In this document: positions 35,291 through 48,607 of the stretch, piece after piece
Position numbering within the stretch: the first letter of the stretch is position 1
Layout: each line of letters opens with the position of its first letter
Assembly: GCF_001194135.2 (NCBI RefSeq)
Contig: NC_068983.1
Coordinates: 67,092,173-67,156,172, forward strand
Direction: 5' to 3'
Source of the DNA: Octopus bimaculoides
Taxonomy: Eukaryota
DNA length: 64,000 bases
Notes under the pieces: generated by a model
Database searches by the model: none
Told to the model about the DNA's origin: nothing
What the model saw: the letters and a program-made list of their open reading frames with translations, nothing else
Position numbers and translations under genes: made by a program

Positions 35291-38200
35291 TCAATCAATA
35301 TTGCTATAAAAAAAAAACATGCAAAATAGATCATAATGTTGATTAGGAGGTATTCACTACATGACCCAGACTGATCTCCGTCTTTTACAATATACTATAC
35401 ATGAAAGATTTTCACTTTTTAAATAATATATAATACTCCCAATTTAAAGTTATTTTCATTTCAATACTGCCAGCTCTACACATTCCTATACATTTCCATT
35501 TTAACATGCTAATGATGAAATCTATTGTGTATATGAAATGAGAATCCTTTCATTGTCCATAAAATGGGTTAAACATTCCCAAAACCCATTTCTTCAACTT
35601 CAGATTTGCTTTTATAAATCTCTTATTGCTTGGCATTTTAAATTTCTGATTGAAACAATTATATGATATACTTATGTTGCTATTGATTCTGTGAAGTGTA
35701 AACAGTCCATTACATGTTTTGTGTCTAAAATATTTGCATCATCAGTTTTCATTATTTTCCTGACATTTGCACTTTGATACTCCAACTAGTAATTGAGTTT
35801 TCAAACATAATTGTGGTATATGGGACCGTTATTAAGTAGTATCTAATCTATTATGCTTCCTAATAAAGTTTGCATATAAAGAGGCCAGTAGTGACCTTCA
35901 CCTAATGAAGATAAGAGCTTGCACAAATAATGTGCATGAGTTGATATAGCTAGCAGTTAAACTTAGAATATAAAGGGTTGTTACTAAATACTGAAAAGCA
36001 TCTAGTCTGCTGCTTCCTCACCACCTTCAACAATGTTTAGTGATAGTTGAAACTTATGTTTTATCAAAATGCATATACCAATTTACATTAAAAAATGAAA
36101 ATATTGATCAAGTTAACTGATGAACTATTTCACTAGAAATTATAAGAAATTTCAGTCATTACAGATTTAACAAATGAGGTCTAGTGCTTGATTAACCTAA
36201 CAGCAAGAACAGCAAATGCTATTGGCTGCACATTTACAGGAGCTCCACACTAAATACTTATTTACTGTAGTACTATACCACCTTCGACTTATATGAATAC
36301 TGGGTGTTTAATATTGGTCGAAATCTCAAGGCACTTCCAAGGTTTAATATACTTAAGCAAATTACAGTCATCACATTGATAACAGCAAAAGGGTAGTGTT
36401 CACTTTTGGGTGCTAAGTAATAAAGTTACCATTCTTTCTCACTATTTTGATGCATTAAATTCATCATACTGTAACTGAGACTAATTATAATTTCTATTAT
36501 AAACAAGACTGGTTGAATAAATCATATTATTACTAATATATTAGAGACAGTCTAAAGATAATTATCTCCATTAAATTAAATTGGAGTTTTTAAACTTGTA
36601 AAAAACACTTTATGTGTGTAGTATTTACTTTAACCATGTGCCTTATGCACAAATATCAAGCATGAAGTAATAGAGTATCATTTTCGATGTCAGGCAATGA
36701 AACAAAATTTACATTATAATAGGTCTGTTTCTCAGTAGAGAATATTTGTGTGTATCTTCGTTTTTAAGTAACAATTTGATATATTAGGAAATTCATATAA
36801 TGTAACAAATAAGATTTGTGAATGTAGCTTTGATTTAAAAGGAAATCAGGATCTATAGAAAAAAGATTTCACTTATTCAAATCTGCCTCGTAATTTATCA
36901 TGTTTAAACGGTTATCTTCTAATGTTAATCTTTTAAATGTCTCAAGCACATTGATTAGCTTGTAAATATCAAGATTGAGGTAAAAGTATAAATAATAAAA
37001 TCCTTGTATCTGTTTCAATTACCCTAACCTCATCTAATTGATCTATATAAATGGAACCTTCAGAAATACAACTGAACCCATAAAAATAATTCAAACTTTG
37101 AGTTGAATATATCTTTAGCAAACTAATATTATAATATTTTCATCCTACTATGAGTGTGACATGTACTATTGGCACTAAGTTGAGTTTTCACCCAAGTATC
37201 ATTTCTGATAGTTCTAATCTCTGTAACTGTAGATAAGTACCACATCCACTTAAGAGTTGATTGCTCAACATTAAAATAGTTATTGAACTGTATGTTATCT
37301 TCTCTAGAGTCATCTAAGCCATCAATACATTGGCTTTGGTTCTGAATGAATTTAACTGTAAATGTAAAACAGTTGGAAAGCATCAACTTAGCAGTAACAA
37401 CAACAAACCTATTGAATGTTTAACAGATAGAGTATGATTTTAAATGACTTCAAAACCACAAAGAGGATTTTGTTTAAATAAGGAGTTGATCAAATTAAAA
37501 TAATTTGTTTCTCTAAATTGCCCATCAATAAAATATGGTTCAAAAGAATACAAATGGAGATTCAAAGGATTTTGTGTCTATTGGTAGTATTTGATTTAAT
37601 GTCCTATTGGTTAACAATCACTTCACCACCACTGCCTCCTTCTTCCTGATTTGCCTATTCAGATATTTACTTAGAATTAATAGACATCAAATATTCACTG
37701 TCCCCTAATTATTTTCTTTTTATTTTATATGTCCAGCTAATTTAATGCAGTAATATTGATCACCATCACCACTACCATCATAACTATCATCCTCATCATC
37801 AACTACGAAATTCTGTGGAGCATTATTGATTAATCTGATTTCTGTCAAACTTATTCATATCTCTTTTTCCTTCTTTTTGTTTCTTGTCGCATCCTCTTCT
37901 CCACTGTAGCTTTTAAACTTTTCTAGATAGTAACAAATCAAATGATTCAGTGTTTTACAATAGTAGTGATTCACTAACTACTGTATGCTTGTGTACCTCA
38001 CCCTGCTAAAAAAAGCAGACAAATCCCCATTAAATAATATTTTATTGTCTTACAAAAGAAAGGTCACATTCACTAATGTAGTGCTAGATGCATTATATCA
38101 GGAAAAAGACTATATTTGACCCTTTCATGCATGTGGGTATATAATGTCAGTAAACTCTTATACCCACACTGATCATAACTGATATAAAACTTAATTTCCA

Positions 38201-40399
38201 GTGTAATTTTTGAAATAAATATTGATCCTGTCTTCTCCATAGTCAAATCTTTTGTTAACATTTTATGGATAACCATCATTTTTTTCTTTCTAGGTTTTCT
38301 TGATTACATCAATAATCACCAACTTAAAGCCGGTTCATATTAATTCACAACACATCTTACATTATACTGTTGTTTTGAAAGCAATACTTAATGGCTGTAA
38401 TTCTCATCAGGCTTAGCTGAGTCAATAGTTTTTTGTTCTTATAGCTCTTGAATTCTTCCTCTCTCAATTGCTCCCATTTTATATTCTCATTGATGTAATT
38501 TGTTGAAGTTTATTCTTGAAAATCCCTCTATGCATAGTAGTGAGAATGAGCAACAAAACTTCTAATTACTACTTCGAAATGGCCAGCATTAAGATTATCA
38601 ATGTGTTGGGGAAAATAATCAAGCTAAGTTGATGCTGATCAGGTATATTTTGTTATAGAAAGCAATTTTCTTGATAGAAGCAAACCAATAATCTGGGTCT
38701 ATTGGTAGCAACAGTTAGAATGTATAATCATTTACAGAAAATGCCCCTATATAAATGGTTTGATACAGGAAGTTGAGAAAGCACAAAAATGTTTAATATT
38801 CTTGCTTTATTATATTTTAAGTTTTCATTGTAATATATGTATAACTGTATAATGTTCTCTTTTTATTTCTTGAGCCAATCTAATCTGAGATTTAAAAATG
38901 ACTTATTCATCTTATGTTACATGGAATATATTTCTTTATTTTTAATACTAAGTGAACTATATATTTTCTATAGAGTATTCAAGAAACCTTAGAACATCAC
39001 ATTTATTTCATTTAGCCACTAAACTTTCTGAAACTTATTTCTATTTCTTGCTTAAAGACATATAAAACTGAGATGGTAGTCTTTGCTTTTTCATTCATTT
39101 TCATAAACTATAAACTGGAAGTGAACTTTGAAAGAATGATCACTGCTAGGTTTTTTGTAACTACATAATGTTGACTAAAATATAGTTATGGTCAATTTAC
39201 AGAGTCCTTCATACCATTTTTTACCTAATAGCGACTACAAGGATATATTATGTGTTATCAGATTTTATAAGTAATTTTTAATCAAACAAGTGTTGGATTT
39301 ATCCTACTGCAATGGGCAAAGTCTTACTTAAATTCTACCCTTCAGCTTCTTGTTTTGAAAATTTTAGCTACTCTCATTTATGTATTTCTATATTAAAGAA
39401 AATTTCGATGCTTGAAAACATTATATTGAAATACTTAGTATTTTCTGCATTGTAGAAGACATACTCACACACATGCACGCACATGCACACACACACACAC
39501 ATGCACGCACATGCACACACACACACACACACACACACACTGATAGATAAATACAGACTCAATTGTCACAGGTAGAATGGCATTATGCTATTTCCTTTCA
39601 CAATGGTTTATTGAAGCATAAGTAATATTTTACAAAGCAAAACAAAGATGTATATCTGTTAAAAATAATAAATATCCGCTGTTTGAAATAATAAAATGAT
39701 GCAGAATTACAAAGATTCTCATTCAACAAATTGGCCACTAATTTTATTTCCCAGGCAATGCAGGCATCTTTATAGTACAAACATATGTACAAACATACCC
39801 TCCAACAAACAACGTGCAGGTATGGGTGTGTGGTTAAAATGATTGTTTTCCACAATGTGTGTGTGTGTGTGCATATATATATATATGCACACACACACAT
39901 ATACATGTTTTTCTTCTATTTACTAGTATTCCTTCTAAAATGAGAGAGCTGGTTTCTTACAAAGAAACAAAAGCTTCTTTATTTGAATTAGGATGACAAT
40001 GATAATTGTTACATATCGATCTTGAAAAAAGTGTCACATACATTTACTGTTGAACTTAACTGTATCTGTAAAGTTCATGTGGGCCAGTCTCTTTCTTTGC
40101 TTGCAAATCCTAACTTGTCGTGTTTGTGGTTTAAACATTTACTAACATAACCGAGTACATCAATGATTATTGGTGCGGATTTTGAAACACTTGTCCATAG
40201 ATTCACTTTTTCTCATTGGTTTTGGAAGTATTGTTTACACCAGCAGAGCAACTAACCTCTATGAATGTACATACTTGTTCTTTTCTGTTCCAAATGCCTA
40301 TATCAAGTAGATAATTGTATATATTAATGGGTACAAAAAAAATGTAAGCTTTATATACCTAAAAGAATACATATCCTTAGTGGATCAAAGAACTGCACT

Positions 40400-41075
40400 G
40401 ACCTTCTAAGCTCAAATTCAGAACTTTTTACATGTTTTTGCCACGTCTTTGCTATCACTGTCAATGCCATAATCTTCTAGTGTCTCTAACATTTCACACC
40501 TTATTTATCTGGCTCTAGATCTTTATCTTTTCTCATCTTTTTGATGGCATGTTCCCTGTCAGACTTTAAAATCTTTGGTTCTATAATGTTGGATGGTAAA
40601 ACTTTTCAGGCCTTTTATCTTAAAATAGATTTCCTTTGTACTCTGTTCAGCTTTTCATGATTTTTGTCTTTTTCAAAGAAGCAGTTTTCCTTTTTTGTTT
40701 ATAATGTCACCCTTTGAACATTTCTGTCATTTCTTTCATAATCTTATACAGTTGTTGTTTTGGTCTGTGTGGAGATTCTTGATTTCATCTCATTTTTCTT
40801 TCAGCCAGCTTTGTTCCTCTTTCCTTCCTACATTTATTTTTGATGGTTTTGTTTATGTTTATGGGGTCAGTGTTCTTTGTCTTTTTGCATTCTGATATCA
40901 ACTGGAGAATTTCTTCAGTCATTCATGGCTAGTGTTTCTTTTGCTTTTTCTATAGTAATGTGCTTACTCCATATTTCATATTGTCTTTCAGACTTCCTCA
41001 CTTCACATAAATTTCTTTATTGGAAGTTTCGCAATGATATTTTTTTATATCTTCACTCACGAGCATTTCATGTTT
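40400..41075 (-). mobile_element. RTE (BovB-like) LINE, inverted 5' segment (EN-RT linker to RT domain 0)
   Basis: MTEEILQLISECKKTKN..INKTIKNKCRK, EPKILKSDREHAIKKMRKDKDLEPDK and EMLETLEDYGID, with frameshifts. Confidence 0.8.
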
Positions 41076-42325
41076 GATATTAATCACCCTGCCAAAGCAA
41101 CCTAAGGCCAATGAGTGCTATAACTTCAGGACTATTAGTCTCATGCCTTATGCTCTTAAAATATTTCTTACAGTCATACTAAGTAGAAATAAAAACAAAA
41201 TAAATGCAGCAGTTGGTGAGGAGTAATTTGGATTTAGGACCAAACGAGGTACAAGAGATGCCATATTTTGTTTCAACATTCCAGTACAAAAGCAGATGCA
41301 AGTACAAAAAGATCCATTACCTGTTTCACAGATTATGTCAAGCCATTTAACTGCAAAAACTACCGAGAGCTCATCACATCATTAGAAAAAGCCAGCTTAG
41401 AAGGAAAGGACAACAGAACCATCTGTTTGTTGTATTGGAACCAAAAGGTAGCTGTCAGAATAGACCAGGAATTGTCAGACCTAGCAGAGATCAAAGGAGC
41501 TGTAAAATAAGAATTCATGCTATCTCTATACACATATATTTAGTGAGTCAAATCAGAGCAAAGGACTCACTAAATATCAAGGGCATGATATTAATAGTCA
41601 AGGGCATTAACACAAACAATATAAGATATAATACAACATTATTGACTGACAGTAATGAGAAATTATGAAAATTGTTGATGATGTAAAAGAACAAAGTGAC
41701 TAAAAGGATATAAATATGAATATATAAATCAAAGATAATGGTAATTAGTAATATTGAACCAAAGGAAACAAGTATAAAGGTAAATGGATAGGTTCATGAA
41801 CAAGTAAAACACTCAATGTATTTAGAACAAATAATAACTCAGGAAGGTTGCAGTGAAGAAGTTTCTCAAAGAAAAAATAAGGCTAAAACAATATTTATGT
41901 GAATAATAAGCATAACACTGCAGCTAAAATTGAGGCTAGTTGTCTTCTCCAGGGCAGAAATTTGGGCAATGCGCACAGTTATAGAGTAAAACATGGAAGC
42001 TTCTGAGGTGTGCATGATTTTCAAATTGGGCAGGATAAGCTGGAATGACATGGTAACAATGCTACAGAATCAGAACAGCTGAAAGTCCAAAGAGACAAAA
42101 CTATCATATTTTGGATATACAATGCATCACAGGTCACTGCCCAAGACCATCCTGAGTGGATGGTGTTGAGGGGAAGAGAACAAGAGGCCATCAAAGATGT
42201 TTAGACTGACAACATCAAAGAATAGAATGGAAACAAGAGCTTGGCTGATTGTATGCATGTAGCACGACATAGAGAGAACTATAGGATGTTAGAAAGCTAA
42301 ACCCTGGAACAGGGAGGGTGCTCGT
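41076..42325 (+). mobile_element. RTE (BovB-like) LINE, RT to 3' end, decayed
   Basis: ITLPKQPKANECYNFRTISLMPYALKIFL, FGFRTKRGTRDAIF, CFTDYVKPF, LYWNQKVAVRI, INTNNIRY, and C-terminal ILSGWC. Confidence 0.85.
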
Positions 42326-42352
42326 ACAATATATGTACTTATGTATGTAGTG

Positions 42353-42413
<61 letters not shown>

Positions 42414-42469
42414 ATATATATATAGTATGTATGATGAACTCTCCCATCGAAGTTCATATGTGAAGATTC

Positions 42470-42692
42470 AGCTTTTGCTGAATGACCTGCACATTAGCTC
42501 ACTCTCTCTATCAAATCAAATTTGCTTGAACAGGTGCACAGTGTATCACACATCAGGTATTGAAGTGATCGCAGAGTAACCTGAGATGATGTGTTTTCTC
42601 AAGGAAACAATGCACCACCTGATCTGCGTATTGAAATCATGATCATTAGATCATGAATGCAACACTATAACCACTAAGCCATGCACCCTCAC
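42470..42692 (-). mobile_element. SINE family C, degenerate
   Basis: Reverse complement begins GTGAGGGTGCATGGCTTAGTGGTT (A-box-like) and contains TTTCCTTGAGAAAACAC. Confidence 0.55.
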
Positions 42693-42695
42693 TGT

Positions 42696-42925
42696 ATCAT
42701 CATCATCATCATCATCGTTTAACGTCCGCTTTCCATGCTAGCATGGGTTGGACGATTTGACTGAGGACTGGTGAAACCGGATGGCAACACCAGGCTCCAA
42801 TCTAATTTGGCAGAGTTTCTACAGCTGGATGCCCTTCCTAACGCCAACCACTCAGAGAGTGTAGTGGGTGCTTTTACGTGTCACCCGCACGAAAACGGCC
42901 ACGCTCGAAATGGTGTCTTTTATGT
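42696..42925 (-). mobile_element. SINE family B, young copy cut by a gap
   Basis: (CAT)n CGTTTAACGTCCGCTTTCCATGCTAGCATGGGTTGGACG, with CpGs retained. Confidence 0.9.
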
Positions 42926-43805
42926 NNNNNNNNNNNNNNNNNNNNNNNNNNNNNNNNNNNNNNNNNNNNNNNNNNNNNNNNNNNNNNNNNNNNNNNNNNN
43001 NNNNNNNNNNNNNNNNNNNNNNNNNNNNNNNNNNNNNNNNNNNNNNNNNNNNNNNNNNNNNNNNNNNNNNNNNNNNNNNNNNNNNNNNNNNNNNNNNNNN
43101 NNNNNNNNNNNNNNNNNNNNNNNNNNNNNNNNNNNNNNNNNNNNNNNNNNNNNNNNNNNNNNNNNNNNNNNNNNNNNNNNNNNNNNNNNNNNNNNNNNNN
43201 NNNNNNNNNNNNNNNNNNNNNNNNNNNNNNNNNNNNNNNNNNNNNNNNNNNNNNNNNNNNNNNNNNNNNNNNNNNNNNNNNNNNNNNNNNNNNNNNNNNN
43301 NNNNNNNNNNNNNNNNNNNNNNNNNNNNNNNNNNNNNNNNNNNNNNNNNNNNNNNNNNNNNNNNNNNNNNNNNNNNNNNNNNNNNNNNNNNNNNNNNNNN
43401 NNNNNNNNNNNNNNNNNNNNNNNNNNNNNNNNNNNNNNNNNNNNNNNNNNNNNNNNNNNNNNNNNNNNNNNNNNNNNNNNNNNNNNNNNNNNNNNNNNNN
43501 NNNNNNNNNNNNNNNNNNNNNNNNNNNNNNNNNNNNNNNNNNNNNNNNNNNNNNNNNNNNNNNNNNNNNNNNNNNNNNNNNNNNNNNNNNNNNNNNNNNN
43601 NNNNNNNNNNNNNNNNNNNNNNNNNNNNNNNNNNNNNNNNNNNNNNNNNNNNNNNNNNNNNNNNNNNNNNNNNNNNNNNNNNNNNNNNNNNNNNNNNNNN
43701 NNNNNNNNNNNNNNNNNNNNNNNNNNNNNNNNNNNNNNNNNNNNNNNNNNNNNNNNNNNNNNNNNNNNNNNNNNNNNNNNNNNNNNNNNNNNNNNNNNNN
43801 NNNNN

Positions 43806-43806
<1 letters not shown>
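42926..43806. other. Assembly gap
   Basis: Run of N. Confidence 1.
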
Positions 43807-43843
<37 letters not shown>

Positions 43844-45161
43844 GGAGAATTTTATGATGAATTATTACACCTAATGTTGTCCCAAATTTGTTTCTATATT
43901 ATACTTCTGGTATATACTGTTATTTTCATCTAATGCTGTTTGAAGTTTATACATTAATTCTATCCTGGCTGGCTTTTGCACAAATATGAGAATTTTTAGC
44001 ATAAGTAAGCATGTCCTGAATATTTATAATCGAAGAGACAAAATATAGTGGAAACAGTGTATCAGGTGATCTACTGGCATTCTGAGCAAAGCCCTATGCT
44101 TTTTAAGATACAGTTCTCTTTGAGAAGTTTCCCTGAGTGCAGCTCTATAATTGCATACACATTATAAATGTTGTACACACTAGTGTATACACACACACAT
44201 ACGTTTATACTTGCATGCATGTGTGTATGTATTTAATTTCAAAAAGTGAACTGAAGTAAATATTTTAAATGAACTAATGACATGGATTTAGTTAATTCAA
44301 GTTGGTGGTGATGTAAGGAATAGCATATGCAAAAAATTCTTAATGAATTGGAATTTATCATTTAGTTGAAAAAATGAAAAATAGCCACTACTAATTGTTA
44401 GCAACTCTCAAAAAGAAGGGAAATTTTCAAGAAATTAAGATTCTAGGATATAAAAAGTAGAATTTTCAGTACATCATTACCTATCTGAATTATATATACT
44501 TAGATAAACACACATTTTGAATACATTCACCTATGCACACACAGCCATACACACACACACACAGTGTGCATGTGTGTGTGACTGAGATGCAATCACAATT
44601 TTAATTATCAATCTATCTACATGTCTAAATTTATATATACCAATATCAGAGGTTATTATAATTGTCTGCATTTATCATAGTACACATAGCTACATTTGGT
44701 TTTTTATTCACATAAGCAGTTTCTAGAGATGTTTTGTGACTATATTATATAAGGTGTTTACTCTTTCATGATTAAATGGGAATAAAACATACTTGTCATC
44801 TGACAACACTGAAGCAAATTAAAATTTTGTGTGACACTTTTCCCACATGCAGATACATCAACCTATTTATATCTGTGGTGAAAGCAACAAACATAACATT
44901 ACATCAAAGTAAATATTTGGTTCTTTAAAATATGAAGCCTAGTGTATGTATGTGTATATTTACTGCCAACAGGCACTCTCATTCCATATTAAACCACAAT
45001 TACCTCTCTCATTTCCACTTAGTCAGAGAGTGAACATGTGAGTTACCCACATGTGTTTTTCTTTGCTATTTTTTTTTCTTATCTCTTTAACTCTTGACTT
45101 TTTTTTTACCTTCTTTGAACATCAACCTAATAATAACTGAACACAAACAATGGACAATAAT

Positions 45162-47027
45162 AACTGTTGTAATTTAATCATCCATAGTCTGATATGATAT
45201 TTCTGAATAAAAATTCCTTCTTCCCTAGGAATTGATGGAGTCGCTGCTATAATCTTCTGTCAGCCTCTTCACGGGAGGATGTGAATATGAGGACTGCACC
45301 AACTGCCCCTAGACCAACTCAGGCAAAACAAAAGTCTTGACGTTGTCTCAATGTACACAACAGTGCCAGCACACTCAGCAGTCAACCTGTTGATTGACTG
45401 CATAATAGCATCCAACATCAAATACTTCGGACTTACCACAGCTGACATGCATCAACTTTTGTCCATCATCGTGGACAACACCTACTTCTCTTTCCAGGAC
45501 CACATATACAAACAGAAAATAGGTCTCCCCATGGAATCCAGTTTCTCGGGCATACTGGCCGTAACTTATATAAACCATCTAGAACGTCAAGCACTCAACA
45601 TCTGCTGCTCATGCGCCTTCTTCACCAGGTATGTAGATGCCATCCTCATACTCACATCCTCCTGTGAAGAGGCTGACAGAATATTCACGATGTTCAATAA
45701 CATGAACATGAACAAAAAGTTCACTATAGAACATCCTGACATCACTGGATCACTATCATTACTTGACTTCAAACTGAATATAACGGAAGAAGAGGAGATC
45801 CACATTGAGTTCTACAGGAAAGCAGCCAGTAGCGATATGTTTGTCCAGTACAATTCAGTACTTCCACTTGGTGCCAAAATAGGATACGCCAGAAATGAAC
45901 TTGCATGCATCTAGGGCAAGTGCAGCAGGACAGAGGACAAAGTGACCTACACTACATGTTTCCTAGATATATTGAAAACCAACAGGTTCCCTAGATCCAT
46001 CGGCTTAAGTACCCAAGATGACCAGCATGCCAAACACATAGAAAACCCAGCAACACATGCTTCCTTAAAATACCCCATTTTAGCGAGAGGATAACTACAG
46101 CCATATGAAGAGTCACAAGAAGAGAAGGGCTAGACATACAACTATCCCACTTCGGCCCCTCTCTGAGAAGACACCTCGCAAAGAAATGAACAAGGGACGA
46201 CAATCAATGCACACTAACAAACTGTCCCATCTATGACACACATTTATGCCAATGGGTAAATGTTTTGTATAGAATACAATGTAACAAATGCAACAGGTTC
46301 CATGTGGGTAGCACAACAAGACCATTACACATCTACATCAAAGAACGTCTGAACATGAGAGCTTCCTCCTTAAGAAAACATCTAGACAGATGCCGGAACA
46401 CTGACAAAAGCATAACAGACACAATTGCGGCCAATGAAAGAAATTTGGGTAATTTAAGAATTAAGGAAGCTATACTCATACCCAGACTAGGGCCCCAAAT
46501 TAACAACAGGCTGGAGGTTGGTAAGCAATATATTATTTAGCTACATCTGGATGCATGTAGGTTCATTTTTGATAACATGCTCATGTATTGTTTGTAACAA
46601 AAAAAAAAAAGACAAAAAAAGAAGGGAAAAAGAGGAAGCTGCACGTATAGCATATAACTGAGAAGCAGCACTACAGATGTGCCAGCACACATGAGACTGA
46701 GACATGGCTGACCTCACACACTTCTCATGAGGAATTCTGGAAGGAGCTTCGTGAGACCACTGCTGAGATGCTTCCGGGGGNNNNNNNNNNNNNNNNNNNN
46801 NNNNNNNNNNNNNNNNNNNNNNNNNNNNNNNNNNNNNNNNNNNNNNNNNNNNNNNNNNNNNNNNNNNNNNNNNNNNNNNNNNNNNNNNNNNNNNGGGGGG
46901 GGGGGACAGAAAAGCCATTGGAAAACCGATTATAGCAGCAACTCCATCAATTCCTAGGGATATCTGAAGAAGGAAATTTTATTCCAAAATATCATATCAG
47001 ACTATGGATGATTAAATTACAACAGTT
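45162..47027 (+). mobile_element. Penelope-like element (RT + GIY-YIG), 5'-truncated, with inverted pLTR copy
   Basis: RT: DVVSMYTTVP, DNTYFSFQDHIYKQKIGLPMESSFS, FTRYVDAILIL, GSLSLLDF, with an in-frame stop at 45912. EN: YRIQCNKCNRFHVGSTTRPL..LRIKEAILI...PQIN. 45162-45254 is the reverse complement of 46928-47027. Includes a gap at 46781-46894. Confidence 0.92.
46959..46998 (+). ncRNA. Minimal type I hammerhead in the Penelope pLTR, G12A mutant
   Basis: Stem I GATAT/ATATC, core CTGAAGA, extra A, stem II GGAA/TTCC, AAAA in place of GAAA, TA loop and AUC triplet. The inverted copy at about 45190-45225 still has GAAATATCATATC. Confidence 0.8.
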
Positions 47028-48607
47028 TAGTCCATTATTTGTATTATTGTGTATTGGTGTGTCATTCAAAACATTTTATTCTTTACAAACAATACACAAT
47101 GCTTCAGTGAACTACAATACTCTCCAATAACTGAACATCCCTTGGACTTTTGTCGTTTTTTGTAATTGGTTTTCTTAATTGTACTTGATTTGCTTTATGT
47201 TATATATATATACAAAATATGAATCAATTAAGTATTGCTGATTGGTTGGAGGTGAATCTGTTTCTTCCACTACTTCAGTAAATGATTGGACTCTTGTCAC
47301 ATACCTATAATGTATATGTTGGAACATTTTGTATCTATCAAATGAAATGATGTTTTCTAGTGTTACTAGATAGTATACATAAAAATTATGAATACAGATC
47401 TGTTTAACTAAAGCTGAATATTTAACTTTGTTTTACATTTCATTCTTTGTTATTTGGTTCCATTGTTTAATTATTACCACATCCAAGTTGAAGTAATTTT
47501 TCAAATATTCCGATTGACTGGAACATTTGTTTTTATCCTTTTAGATTTTGGGTGATATACCTTGCATATATTTTGATTTGCTTTGTTTGTTTTGTGTTTT
47601 TGATCAGTTACATATTGTCACAGCAATTGCTCCCTCTATTAGATAACTTTTTTAGGGCTAATAAGTTAACCACAAAATAGAAGTAGAAACTTATCTGTGT
47701 CAGCTTACTAGCAGTAGTTGAGTCACTGAGGTAGCTTTTTTGCAGTTGATTGGCCTCTTTGAAATAACAATCAAATCTTCTTCAATTTACTCACTATAAT
47801 CTTAAATATAGAAGGGTACATTGGACTATGTTGTTAATAGGAATACCTTTAGTCATATGTTTGTTCAGCCAAAATTTTATCTGGAGTGGACAACAATAGC
47901 TGTAGTCAGCTTTACCTCATCATGGAACCATCAATAACGTTTAAAGTGTAATTTTCTTTTTTATATTAAATAGTTAATAGATAAATAAAAGCATTTTCAG
48001 TACAATTGAAAACCTACTTCTTTTCAGCAATATATTTTGGTGAAGTATATGTTTACAACGTAAATACATTAAATATTACTAGTGAGATGGAGGTGTGGTT
48101 GGTTGTCATCTCCACTTAAAATTCTTGAACTTGTGTCACATATCTACAACAGTCTAATTTACTTACCAAACTATTGGATATACAATTAAGAATAGCTTCT
48201 ACTATAATTAAGGATAAATTATGTCTAAAGGTAACTGTTGACCTTTTGAATTCAAAAGAGTGATAAATTTCAAAGCATGAAGAAATTGACCTAGGTTGTG
48301 GAAGCAAGTATAGGGTGAACAGTTCACTTTATCTTATACACTATCATTAAATAGAAAGTAAATGGTAATCTATAAGAAGGTAAAAACACCATGATGACAC
48401 GTTTTAATCTTTAGAACTTCTTTGATTTCCATTCTTCAAGCTTGAATAAGCCTGATGTTCAACTGATTGTTATTAAAAGCCTAATCATGACCAATTCCTT
48501 ATAAACAGGAAATCTATTGTGTAAATGAAAATTTTCAGTGAATTGGAGGATATCAATTCTGAATTTAATTTTACTGGTTTTTTTTTTTTTGTTTTTCTTC
48601 TTTCTTT

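Noticed and set aside
37129-37386. Minus-strand ORF with acceptor-like site (KFIQNQSQCIDGLDD..)
   Set aside because: Isolated, with no phase-compatible neighbours or homology.
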